From: Planctomycetota bacterium
GTDB taxonomy: Bacteria > Planctomycetota > UBA8108 > SXIK01
Length of the DNA: 64,000 nucleotides
Assembly: GCA_965223265.1 (NCBI GenBank)
Contig: OZ244999.1
Location: 5,568,001-5,632,000, forward strand
Reading direction: 5' to 3'
Below, in pieces: positions 40,187 to 48,960 of this stretch. The notes under the pieces were generated by a model. The model was not told where the DNA came from, made no database searches, and was given only the letters and a program-made list of their open reading frames with translations. The position numbers and the translations under genes are program-made. Every line of letters starts with the position of its first letter. Position 1 is the first letter of the stretch.

Positions 40187-40456
40187 CTCCGACTCTGCCT
40201 CCGACTCCGACTCTGCCTCCGACTCCGTCCGTCTGTCTCTGCCTCCGACTCCGACTCTGCCTCCGACTCCGACTCTGTCTCTGCCTCCGACTCTGCCTCC
40301 GACTCCGACTCTGCCTCCGACTCCGTCCGTCTGTCTCTGCCTCCGACTCCGACTCTGCCTCCGGCTCCGACTCTGTCTCTGCCTCCGACTCTGCCTCCGA
40401 CTCTGCCTCCGACTCCGTCCGTCTGTCTCTGCCTCCGACTCCGACTCTGCCTCCGC
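40187..40456. repeat. CT-rich hexamer array (CTCCGA/CTCTGC/CTCTGT) with a higher-order unit
   Basis: direct reading; the same units occur at 36895-36925 and 38461-38520. Confidence 0.9.
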
Positions 40457-40536
40457 CCGGAAACCCAGAACCCAAGCAGGGAAATGCGTTCGGCGGGCTC
40501 GAACCAGCCGAACGTCGTTTCCCGCCGGCGTTGAGC

Positions 40537-43500
40537 TCAAGCTTCAGGGCACGCGTCGTGCACGTTGCAAGGCAGCCCGTCGGGAGTCGGGTCGGTGCCG
40601 CAAGAGTTCGGCACAGGGAGTGGCCCGTGCGCAGCGAAGAGATGGAGAAGAACAGCGACTCCGTCCGTGACGTTCACGCGTCCATCATCGTTGGCATCGG
40701 CGCTGCGGAGGCACGTGGGAGCTGCGCCGCGGCGGAAGAGATAATTAAGGATGTGCAGGGCATCGTTCAAGTCGACATTCCCACTCGCATCGCTGTCGCC
40801 TCGCCGAAACTCAATGACACCGGCGCCAAATGGAACCTTGACAAACGAGAGCACACGAGGCTGCGCGATCGTCTCAAACTGCTCGTCGAGGTAGGAGATC
40901 ACCGCCTCTTCCGGCGGCTCTCCCGGTCGCGCGTCATCTGGAGCTTCCAGCTCCACGGCGCGAATTCGACGCGACAGAGTCGCCACGTCGACCGGCGGGT
41001 CAAAAATGATCCAATAGCGCACATCTTGATTGTGTCGCTGCGCGCTGTACACCAAGCGAAAATAGTCAACTACGACGCGGCGCACCCCGGCGATCTCTAC
41101 AGCCGCCAAGGTCAAGGCAGCGGGAGCAGATTCGAACGTACTCAACTCGTCGAGAAATCGTTCTCTCAGCTGCAGCATCGTGCCATCCTCCGCCGTCACT
41201 GAGATTTCGAAGAGCGGCAGAGCCTCATAAAGGCAGGAGGAGAATCCCATCACAGGAACGCTGTCGCGCGCTCCGAGTAGCTCGAGCTCGAAGGTCAGGA
41301 ACTCTTCGTCGATCACACGACTGGCAACAATCGGGATTTCTCCACGCCCGCGGTAGTTCAAGTTCGAAAGCGTCAGCGTGAAGAGGTCCCCGGTCGGCAA
41401 GTCGAACTCTTGTCGATATCGAAATCGATAGATCGTCTCGCTCCCGTCACTTATCTCCCGAACCTCGAATCTCCCGTCTTCGCGCGGCGTTGCGACCATC
41501 CGCTCCGGTCCGACCTCGACATGCTCGAAGATGTCGGCAGTGAACGAGCCTTTACCGGCGGGCAGCGACACGGTCCCGGGAGTGAACTCCACCGTCGCCT
41601 TGAACTCATACTCGGTAGCCGGTGGACGCCCGTCACGCTCCTTGCTGAACACCGCACAGGCAATAGCTCCAGTCGGAATCTCGAGCTCAAATACAGGCTT
41701 GCGAGGAGTCGTCGAGGCGATCAGGAAGGGGCGAACCTGTTTGATCGCCAATGAGCCGTCAGCCTCGATCTTGAACTCGAAGTCGAGAAGCACTTGTTCT
41801 GGATCAAAGCCCTCCGGATCGACCGGAAATCGTTCCTCGATGCGCCACATAAGGCTCCCCAGTTCCCGGAGCTGATCGTCGGATAAAACGTTCTGGTCTG
41901 GCCCTACGAGCGAAGAGCGTCGGCTGCGAACGATGCGTACGACTTCACCATCCTCGACTTCGAGCAGGTTCCGTTCGACAAGTTCACCGGGCTGCGGGCT
42001 GACGACGCTCGCCTCACCGATCTGCGCCGCGATCACGAACCGCTGATCATCGACGTTCGCGGGGTTGCCAGTGAACGCAACGCCGTTTGCGGCCTCGTCG
42101 AGGAACGTGCGGCTAACGAGGATTCCCATGGCCGCAAGATCTTGGGGTATCTGAAAGAAACTTCGCTCTTCGTACGCTCGAAACGTCCACAAGCTCGTCC
42201 ATACTTTCTTCAAAGCTCTTTCAACCGTTCGTTCATTAGAACGGAGCGGATCGCAGTGTGAGCCCTCGCGCTCCTCGACATCGATCGTGTCTTGTGCGCA
42301 CACAGAAGTGGACTCGTAGAGGCCTGCGCCGTTGAACTCGAGCTGGTCCTCAACGTTGGACGACGACCGAAAACGCACCATGGTCCGCGTGTCTCCGAAC
42401 ACCGTGGCAATCCGCTCCACGAGCGCGCCGACAAGCTCGGGTGCCACGACGCCGTGATCGCGGGTGAACTCCCGAAACTCGTCCAGCAAACGAAATCTCG
42501 TCTCGGAATCCGTCACGAATTCTGGCGACTCCATCAGATCCCGCAAAAACTGTTCGTAGGTCACCACTTCACCGTTGACGACACGTGTGTTCGAACGCAA
42601 GAACTCAAGGTAGTGATGCATCGGAATAGCGAATCCAACTTCTCGATAGGGCGTGAGCTCGTCGGTCAAAACGCTCTGCAGGCGCGCGAAGTTGGCCGCC
42701 TTGCCGCCAAATCGCGACACCGGCGCGGCCGCTGCGTCCGTATCGATCTCCACCAGCGAATCAAGTACTGAGTAATCGGGGTCGACTACTGGATCGGCCG
42801 CCAACTTCGGTCGTCGGAGTGACCAGAAGGTCTCGGCCTCCTCTATAGAAGCGACGTCGACCATGTAGTCGGAAGCGGTCACCTCGAGCCGCACAAGCTC
42901 ACCTTCGAGCTCGCGGAACTTTTCCGTCGCGCCGTCGACGAACGCGTTCGGTGTACCGCGACGCGCCGTCCGCACCGCGATGTGGCTCAACTCGCCTTGC
43001 ACCTCACCGGTGAGCACACCTCCGACAACTCCTTCGATGTCGCGCGGCGCCTGATCGACAACGACAACATCTTGGAAAGTGAAACGCCCGCTCCGATTCG
43101 CCGCCTCAAACTCTTCAAGGTTAAAGATGCGTACACGTCCGTAGCCGACGGCGAGCGTATACGGCTCGAATGTGAAGCCAGCGCCGCCGTCCGATTCGAA
43201 AATGCGAAACGGCACGCCGGCCCACGTCGCCGCGGCCTCCCGCGCCGCCTGTCCAAGTGGCTGATATGCCAGCGACCCAAGGTGAAACGCGGCACTCAGC
43301 TTCGTGTACACGTCTTCCACTTCGTCCTGGGTCAGCTGCTCGCGAAAATCAAAGCCCGTGTCCGCGAACACCGAGAAAGCGTAGATCGGTGCCCCATCTT
43401 CGATGTGCATCGAGATCGAACCGACGAAGTACTCGCGACTCTGACGCCGGCCGACAAGTTGGTTGTACGTTTCGCGGTCGCTTACGACGTCACCGAACCG

Positions 43501-45942
43501 ATCGGGAAACACTTCGGAAAGAAACTCCTCATGGAGGTCGAAAAGCGTTGCGTTTTGAAAAAGTACCGGGAGCAGCCCCGGCTCCTCCCGCGCTGGAGCT
43601 ACGTACTTTCCGAAGCGCACAGTCAGACGCGATGGCACCGTCAGTGAATAGAACTCTTCGGCAGTGCAGATCTGCTCCAAGAACTCGACTTTCTCTTCGG
43701 TAACGGAACGATTGATAAACACGGTAATGTCACGACCGGTTCGGTTGATGCCAATCACGTCATTGAGTCCATTGCCGTCAAGGTCGCCGACGACGCTGAA
43801 ACGCGGCCCCGCGCCAATGGGAAGCACTCTGCCGAGCGTCAACTCACGATTCGTCGCGTTGGCCAACATCGAGATGCTGTTGCCTTGCTCAGAAACGGTG
43901 ACCACGTCTGCGGTGCCGTCGGAGTTGAGGTCCGCCGTCAGTAGCGAATACGGTGGCGCATGAACAGGAGTCGTGTTTCCAAGAAAGAGACTGCCTCGAG
44001 AGTTCCACACGAACGTCACGCTCGAGATGTTGTTCGCGGTGACGAGGTCCGGGTAGCCATCTTGATCGAAATCGGCCGTACCGACATAGCGAGGTGGCAC
44101 TGGCAGAGGCAACGTCTCTGGATCGCTGTAGGTGTGCTGGCCGCGTCCGCGAACGATCGACAGCTCTGCGGAGTTTTGATTGGCCACCGCGATATCAGCG
44201 TTGCCGTCTTGGTCGAAATCAGCCACGGCTGCGGCAACCGGCCCGTTCCCAACGGGGAGGTCATGGCGTTCGCCGAACACTCCGTCGCCTTGATTCAGGA
44301 GAATGGAAATGGTGTTTGCGGCGACGTTCGAGGTGACCAAATCCGTCCTCATATCGCCGTCAAAATCCCCGAGCGCGATATGAAACGGATTCGCGCCAAC
44401 GGTGTAAACGATTGGCGAGTCGAGGATGCCAGTTCCTTGATTACGGACGAAGAGCAGAATGCCGTCCGCACTCAACGTCACACCGACGACGTCGAGATCT
44501 CCGTCAGCGTCAAAATCATCTGATGTAAGAAAGAAGTAAGTCGCTCGCCGGTAGCGATCCTGAGCCGCGAGAGGTTCGAGAGTGCCGTCACCACGGCCAC
44601 GAAGAAGCGTCAAGCCTTCGTCGTTGTTTCCGGTGAGAATATCGAGATCTCCGTCACCGTCGAAGTCACCAATCGTCGCCGTGTGCGGGTCCCCCGCAGT
44701 CGAGTACTCGACCGGCGGGTCGAACGCTAGGCCCGTGTCGCGACCGACGTCGTTCCAGAACACGGTCACGAGTGGCTGCCCAAAGAAAAGGAGTAGTGCC
44801 TCCTCGAGGCCGTCAACGTCGACATCGACGGCGGCGACGTTGAAGACCCTGCCCTGAAAGTTGGTACGCACTCCACGGTTGAACTGGCCGTCACCACGAT
44901 TGGCGAACACGGCGACTGCAAGCGGCTGAACAAACGAGCCGACGAGATCGAGATCGCCATCGCCGTCGTAGTCGAGCGCTGTCACACCGGTATTGTTTTG
45001 AGCGTCGGCGACGAGGATCGCCGAAGAGACGTACTCCCCTGCTCGGCGATGAAGCAAAACCTCGATCCCGGGCCGTCCTGCCGCGACCAAGTCGTCGGCC
45101 CCGTCGCTGTTTAGATCGCAGACAAGAAGACGTTCGGGTCGCTCGAAGCGAAGAGCTTGCTCGCCTGCGATCTCAAAACTGCCCGAGCCACTGCCGCGCA
45201 GCAGCGACAACGTGGCGTCCGCTCGATTGACCAGGGCGATGTCGAGATCTTCGTCGCCATTGAAATCGACAAGGACGATTCCGCGCGGTTCATTGCCGAC
45301 AGGATACGTCACCGGCGCCGCGAAACCACCCTCACCATTGAGCACGACCGCGACCGCCGCCGTGCTGCGTAGCGTCGCGACGATATCCGAACGTCCATCG
45401 CCGTCGAAATCGCCGACGGCACCAGCTCCGAGGGCGTCGCCAATCGTCACCGTGTTCGTAGGACGCAACCCACCAGAGCCGTCGCCGACGAAGATCTGCA
45501 CTGCTGCATCGTCGAACACTGCGATGTCGGCGTGCGCGTCGGCATTGAAGTCGCCGAGTCGGATGTGTGAGGCGCTTTCCGAAGCTTCAAACTCGGTCAA
45601 TCCGTAGCCTTCGACTTGCGAGCCCGGCCCGCTAAGGCGGACCGACAACACTCCGCGCTGAATAGCGATCAAGTCTGGGGCCTCGTCGCCGTTTAGATCA
45701 GGTGCGAGGACGTCCAATACCCCAAGCGCGGAGTCATTGAACGGGACGTTCGTGAGCGCATGAAACGGGATCGGAGGCACTTCGCAGTCGTCGGGAACGC
45801 CATTGGCGTTGCAATCAATGCTGAATCCGCCCGTGAGGTCTGCGGCGTCGTCAACGCCGTTGCCGTTGCAGTCGGCTGCGCTGCACAAGAGCGGAGCCCA
45901 CAACCAAACGACAAGAAGCGCAGCGAACGGTGGATGCCGCAT
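40537..45942 (-). CDS. 1801-aa exported protein: FG-GAP/VCBS repeats, phospho-His domain, PPDK_N ATP-grasp domain, dockerin-like domain
   Basis: signal peptide; many GDFDGDG..D repeats; GELSHIAVRTARRGTP; GGKAAN; RFRSSSNVED..EFNGAGLYES; KQVRP; FRRGDSDASG. Confidence 0.85.
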   Translation of the reverse strand: MRHPPFAALLVVWLWAPLLCSAADCNGNGVDDAADLTGGFSIDCNANGVPDDCEVPPIPFHALTNVPFNDSALGVLDVLAPDLNGDEAPDLIAIQRGVLSVRLSGPGSQVEGYGLTEFEASESASHIRLGDFNADAHADIAVFDDAAVQIFVGDGSGGLRPTNTVTIGDALGAGAVGDFDGDGRSDIVATLRSTAAVAVVLNGEGGFAAPVTYPVGNEPRGIVLVDFNGDEDLDIALVNRADATLSLLRGSGSGSFEIAGEQALRFERPERLLVCDLNSDGADDLVAAGRPGIEVLLHRRAGEYVSSAILVADAQNNTGVTALDYDGDGDLDLVGSFVQPLAVAVFANRGDGQFNRGVRTNFQGRVFNVAAVDVDVDGLEEALLLFFGQPLVTVFWNDVGRDTGLAFDPPVEYSTAGDPHTATIGDFDGDGDLDILTGNNDEGLTLLRGRGDGTLEPLAAQDRYRRATYFFLTSDDFDADGDLDVVGVTLSADGILLFVRNQGTGILDSPIVYTVGANPFHIALGDFDGDMRTDLVTSNVAANTISILLNQGDGVFGERHDLPVGNGPVAAAVADFDQDGNADIAVANQNSAELSIVRGRGQHTYSDPETLPLPVPPRYVGTADFDQDGYPDLVTANNISSVTFVWNSRGSLFLGNTTPVHAPPYSLLTADLNSDGTADVVTVSEQGNSISMLANATNRELTLGRVLPIGAGPRFSVVGDLDGNGLNDVIGINRTGRDITVFINRSVTEEKVEFLEQICTAEEFYSLTVPSRLTVRFGKYVAPAREEPGLLPVLFQNATLFDLHEEFLSEVFPDRFGDVVSDRETYNQLVGRRQSREYFVGSISMHIEDGAPIYAFSVFADTGFDFREQLTQDEVEDVYTKLSAAFHLGSLAYQPLGQAAREAAATWAGVPFRIFESDGGAGFTFEPYTLAVGYGRVRIFNLEEFEAANRSGRFTFQDVVVVDQAPRDIEGVVGGVLTGEVQGELSHIAVRTARRGTPNAFVDGATEKFRELEGELVRLEVTASDYMVDVASIEEAETFWSLRRPKLAADPVVDPDYSVLDSLVEIDTDAAAAPVSRFGGKAANFARLQSVLTDELTPYREVGFAIPMHHYLEFLRSNTRVVNGEVVTYEQFLRDLMESPEFVTDSETRFRLLDEFREFTRDHGVVAPELVGALVERIATVFGDTRTMVRFRSSSNVEDQLEFNGAGLYESTSVCAQDTIDVEEREGSHCDPLRSNERTVERALKKVWTSLWTFRAYEERSFFQIPQDLAAMGILVSRTFLDEAANGVAFTGNPANVDDQRFVIAAQIGEASVVSPQPGELVERNLLEVEDGEVVRIVRSRRSSLVGPDQNVLSDDQLRELGSLMWRIEERFPVDPEGFDPEQVLLDFEFKIEADGSLAIKQVRPFLIASTTPRKPVFELEIPTGAIACAVFSKERDGRPPATEYEFKATVEFTPGTVSLPAGKGSFTADIFEHVEVGPERMVATPREDGRFEVREISDGSETIYRFRYRQEFDLPTGDLFTLTLSNLNYRGRGEIPIVASRVIDEEFLTFELELLGARDSVPVMGFSSCLYEALPLFEISVTAEDGTMLQLRERFLDELSTFESAPAALTLAAVEIAGVRRVVVDYFRLVYSAQRHNQDVRYWIIFDPPVDVATLSRRIRAVELEAPDDARPGEPPEEAVISYLDEQFETIAQPRVLSFVKVPFGAGVIEFRRGDSDASGNVDLNDALHILNYLFRRGAAPTCLRSADANDDGRVNVTDGVAVLLHLFAAHGPLPVPNSCGTDPTPDGLPCNVHDACPEA

Positions 45943-46299
45943 GGAGTGTCGCTATGCCTCCGAAGGCCGGATCCGCTCGCAACCCCGCTTGGACACCAGA
46001 GAGGCCGTCGCGAGCCGTAAAGCCGCCCAAGACGCATGAGTCCTGAATTGTCTGCTCACCTTCAAGTCGCTACAAGCGAATTTCGATGCCGCAGACGATA
46101 GCGGGTTCAGCGAGCACCAACGCAAACGGTCATGACGCTTCCAGCCGATTGAGCAAACTGACGAGTTGTCGCCCCCCGAGACCGTCAGGAATCCAAGAGA
46201 AGAGCCCTCACTCATAGATGCAGCAAGTCTCGGCGACGCCGGTCGGGTAGACGTCGCCGAGACATATCGGAGTGTGATCTCAGGGGTGAGACCTTCGTC

Positions 46300-47238
46300 T
46301 CAAGGCGTGCAGTCAGGACAAATAGCGTTCTGCGGGCATCCCTGGAAGTACGCGCAGGACGTTCCCTGCGCTGGCGGCGGGCCGTTGACAAACATCCAGA
46401 CAAGGAAGTAGACGCCGTCGGAGATGTCGAGGGTGAAGTCGCCGTTGGCATCGAGGAATAGAATGTTGCGCGGATCCCCGCTCGAGCCGTCGCCACACGG
46501 CAGCACCGGTGGCACCCCTGCGAAGAGGTTGCCGAAGAGACAGACCGGGTCGGCGATGTCGAGGTTGCCGTCTTGGTTGCAGTCGTTCGGCAGCTGATTC
46601 CGGCAGCCACTGCCGCACGCCGACGCTGGGTAGCTCCCGCAAGTCAGGACACCAGGAGTCGGATCAGCACCGCACGTGAGTGGGCCAGGTGCTGGCGACG
46701 GCGGCCCTCCTGTGCTGCAAAAGTTGGCGATGTAAGTCACATCTTGGATGTCGACGATATCATCGTCGTTCGCATCGGCCGCGAGCATACACAGCGGTGC
46801 AGGTCCACCCGTGAAGAGAAAGTTGGAGACGAATGTGGCGTCATCCACGCTGACGCAGCCGTCTTGGTTCGCGTCGCCACGTTTGAAGAGAGGGCACGGC
46901 GACGGATATCCCACACAGCCGAGAGGCGGCCCAGTCGGGTCCGGTCCGCACAATGGAAACGGGCTTGGCGGTGGCGGACCCGCAAGGACGATGAAGTTCA
47001 GCAGAGTGATGCTATCGATGATGCTAAGAAGCCCATCGTCATTGGAGTCGCGCGCCTCAGGACAGTTGCAGGAAGGCGGCACCCCCAGGAAAAGGATGCG
47101 GCTAATGTCGACAGCATCGATGAAGTTGACCACACCATTACAGTCGGCATCGCCGCGAATGAAATCGTTTTGCGCGGCCACGGGGGCGCTCGAAAGCACG
47201 ATCGCGGCCATCACGGCACGAGTTGTCCACTTCGTCAC
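46300..47238 (-). CDS. secreted protein made of three tandem dockerin-like modules
   Basis: GTG start with AGGAGG RBS; signal peptide; FIRGDADCNG, FKRGDANQDG and PNDCNQDG modules. Confidence 0.75.
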   Translation of the reverse strand: MTKWTTRAVMAAIVLSSAPVAAQNDFIRGDADCNGVVNFIDAVDISRILFLGVPPSCNCPEARDSNDDGLLSIIDSITLLNFIVLAGPPPPSPFPLCGPDPTGPPLGCVGYPSPCPLFKRGDANQDGCVSVDDATFVSNFLFTGGPAPLCMLAADANDDDIVDIQDVTYIANFCSTGGPPSPAPGPLTCGADPTPGVLTCGSYPASACGSGCRNQLPNDCNQDGNLDIADPVCLFGNLFAGVPPVLPCGDGSSGDPRNILFLDANGDFTLDISDGVYFLVWMFVNGPPPAQGTSCAYFQGCPQNAICPDCTP

Positions 47239-47459
47239 GGTAAACCTCCTTCCGTCAACGACGGGTCCAATTGATCGTTCGTCTATTTGTGGAAACGCCG
47301 TGACGCAGGCCGCCTGCCCCGAAAACCACAAAAATTCTGCAAACACCTCAACGTGGACACCGAGCGAGGACCCCCAGCCTCCTTGCGCCTGCTGCGGTAC
47401 CGGGCTATCGTGGCAAGGCGTAGCGAACAAACATCCCACCAACGATACGAGGAGAGGCC

Positions 47460-48893
47460 ATGCGGCGCCGATTCCGTTCGATTCTTGTCGCGGCTGCGCT
47501 CAGCTGCAGCCTGTTAAACGCCGGCGAATGGCCACAATTCCGTGGCCCCAACTGCAGCGGCCTGGCCGCAACCTCCGCGCCCCTGCCGACGGAGTTCTCG
47601 GGCGAGAAAAACGTCACCTGGTCGCACCAACTGGGTGACGGAATCGCATGCCCCATCGTTGCGCGAGGCCGACTCTACACGACAGCGATGAGCGCCGAAA
47701 ACCGATTCGCGCTCTATTCGTTTGACGCAGAGACCGGTGAAGAGAAATGGAAGAACGAACTGTCGACCGGCCCACTACCCGAGATCACGCCGCCGAACAG
47801 CCATGCCTCATCGACGCCGGCGAGCGACGGAGAGCGCGTTTACGTCTACTTCAGCACTCTTGGGCTCCTCGCGTTTCATCGTGACGGACAACTTCTCTGG
47901 CACCGCGCGCTGCCCCAGCCGCACTACTTGCTCGACTGGGGCGCGGCGGCCTCACCGATCGTGTACAAGGACCTCGTCTACTTCAATCAAGACGACGACC
48001 TATCGCCCTTTCTCATTGCGATCGACAAACACACCGGAGAGGTCCGCTGGCGCACGGAACGGCCCGAGATGCTCGGCGGTTACGCGGTGCCGGTCGTGTG
48101 TGAAGTCGGCGGTCGTGCCGAGCTCGTTATCGCCGGCACCGGCAAGCTCAAGGGATACTCTGCCACCACAGGAGAGGAGCTCTGGACGTGCAACACTCTC
48201 CTCAGGACGATCATGACAACGCCTGTGGTTCACGACGGCATCGCGTATCTCTCCGTGCAGAGCTACGGCGACAGCGAACGCATCCTCAAATACGCCCTCC
48301 TCCAATGGAAAGACACGGACCAAGACGGCAAGTTGAGCCGGGATGAGCTACCGCCAGAGTTCGAGAAGAAGTTCACGGCGGGAGATGCCAACGGCGACGG
48401 CGTGCTCGAGGACGCGGAAATCGACACGGCATTTCAGAGTGTGACGAATCTTGTCGGCGGTGGCAACACCGTGCAGGCGGTGAGGTGCGGCGGCAGCGGC
48501 GACGTCACAGAATCTCATGTCCTCTGGAACATTGACAATAAAGCGCCGTCCAACATCTCGTCCCCGCTGCTCGTCAGTGGACGCCTGTTCATGGTGAAGA
48601 AGGGCGGAATTTCGAGCTGCTTCCAAGCGTCGTCGGGTAAGGAAGTGTGGTACCAAAAGCGAATCCCAAACTTCGGCAACTACTACGCGTCACCGGTCGC
48701 CGGCGACGGCAAGATCTACATCACAGGCGAAAACGGCGTCGTAGTGGTCCTGGAGGACTCGCCGGAGCTCAAGGTTCTGTCGGAGAATGATGTGGGTGAC
48801 AGCTGCGTAGCCACGCCGGCCATCTCAAACGGCCGCCTCTACCTGAGAACGCGGAGCAAAATCATGTGCGTGGCAGAGGAAGTTAAGTCTTGA
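47460..48893 (+). CDS. PQQ-binding-like beta-propeller with an EF-hand insertion
   Basis: EWPQFRGP; DTDQDGKLSRDE and DANGDGVLEDAE; ATPAISNGRLYLRT. Confidence 0.85.
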   Translation: MRRRFRSILVAAALSCSLLNAGEWPQFRGPNCSGLAATSAPLPTEFSGEKNVTWSHQLGDGIACPIVARGRLYTTAMSAENRFALYSFDAETGEEKWKNELSTGPLPEITPPNSHASSTPASDGERVYVYFSTLGLLAFHRDGQLLWHRALPQPHYLLDWGAAASPIVYKDLVYFNQDDDLSPFLIAIDKHTGEVRWRTERPEMLGGYAVPVVCEVGGRAELVIAGTGKLKGYSATTGEELWTCNTLLRTIMTTPVVHDGIAYLSVQSYGDSERILKYALLQWKDTDQDGKLSRDELPPEFEKKFTAGDANGDGVLEDAEIDTAFQSVTNLVGGGNTVQAVRCGGSGDVTESHVLWNIDNKAPSNISSPLLVSGRLFMVKKGGISSCFQASSGKEVWYQKRIPNFGNYYASPVAGDGKIYITGENGVVVVLEDSPELKVLSENDVGDSCVATPAISNGRLYLRTRSKIMCVAEEVKS

Positions 48894-48960
48894 GGAATCA
48901 GCGATGACGCGATGCGGTGCTGCACGCCAAAATATCAACTTGTTGAATGGCAACGGCAAA

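Larger units (their letters stand above)
38521..40188 (-). mobile_element. IS110-family (IS1111-type) element, copy 2, complete
   Basis: CT core at both junctions (38521-22, 40187-88); 12-bp subterminal IRs ATGAGAAGGCCA (38526-37) / TGGCCTTCTCAT (40170-81); long 3' non-coding region. Confidence 0.9.

Noticed and set aside
40187-40456. Possible CRISPR array
   Set aside because: No unique spacers and no cas genes; pure hexamer mosaic
40075-41202. Several overlapping ORFs (SASDSD, RLRLCL, PPTPT)
   Set aside because: Stop-free repeat array plus antisense of the large CDS
47239-47459. Riboswitch in the divergent intergenic region
   Set aside because: No recognisable aptamer consensus
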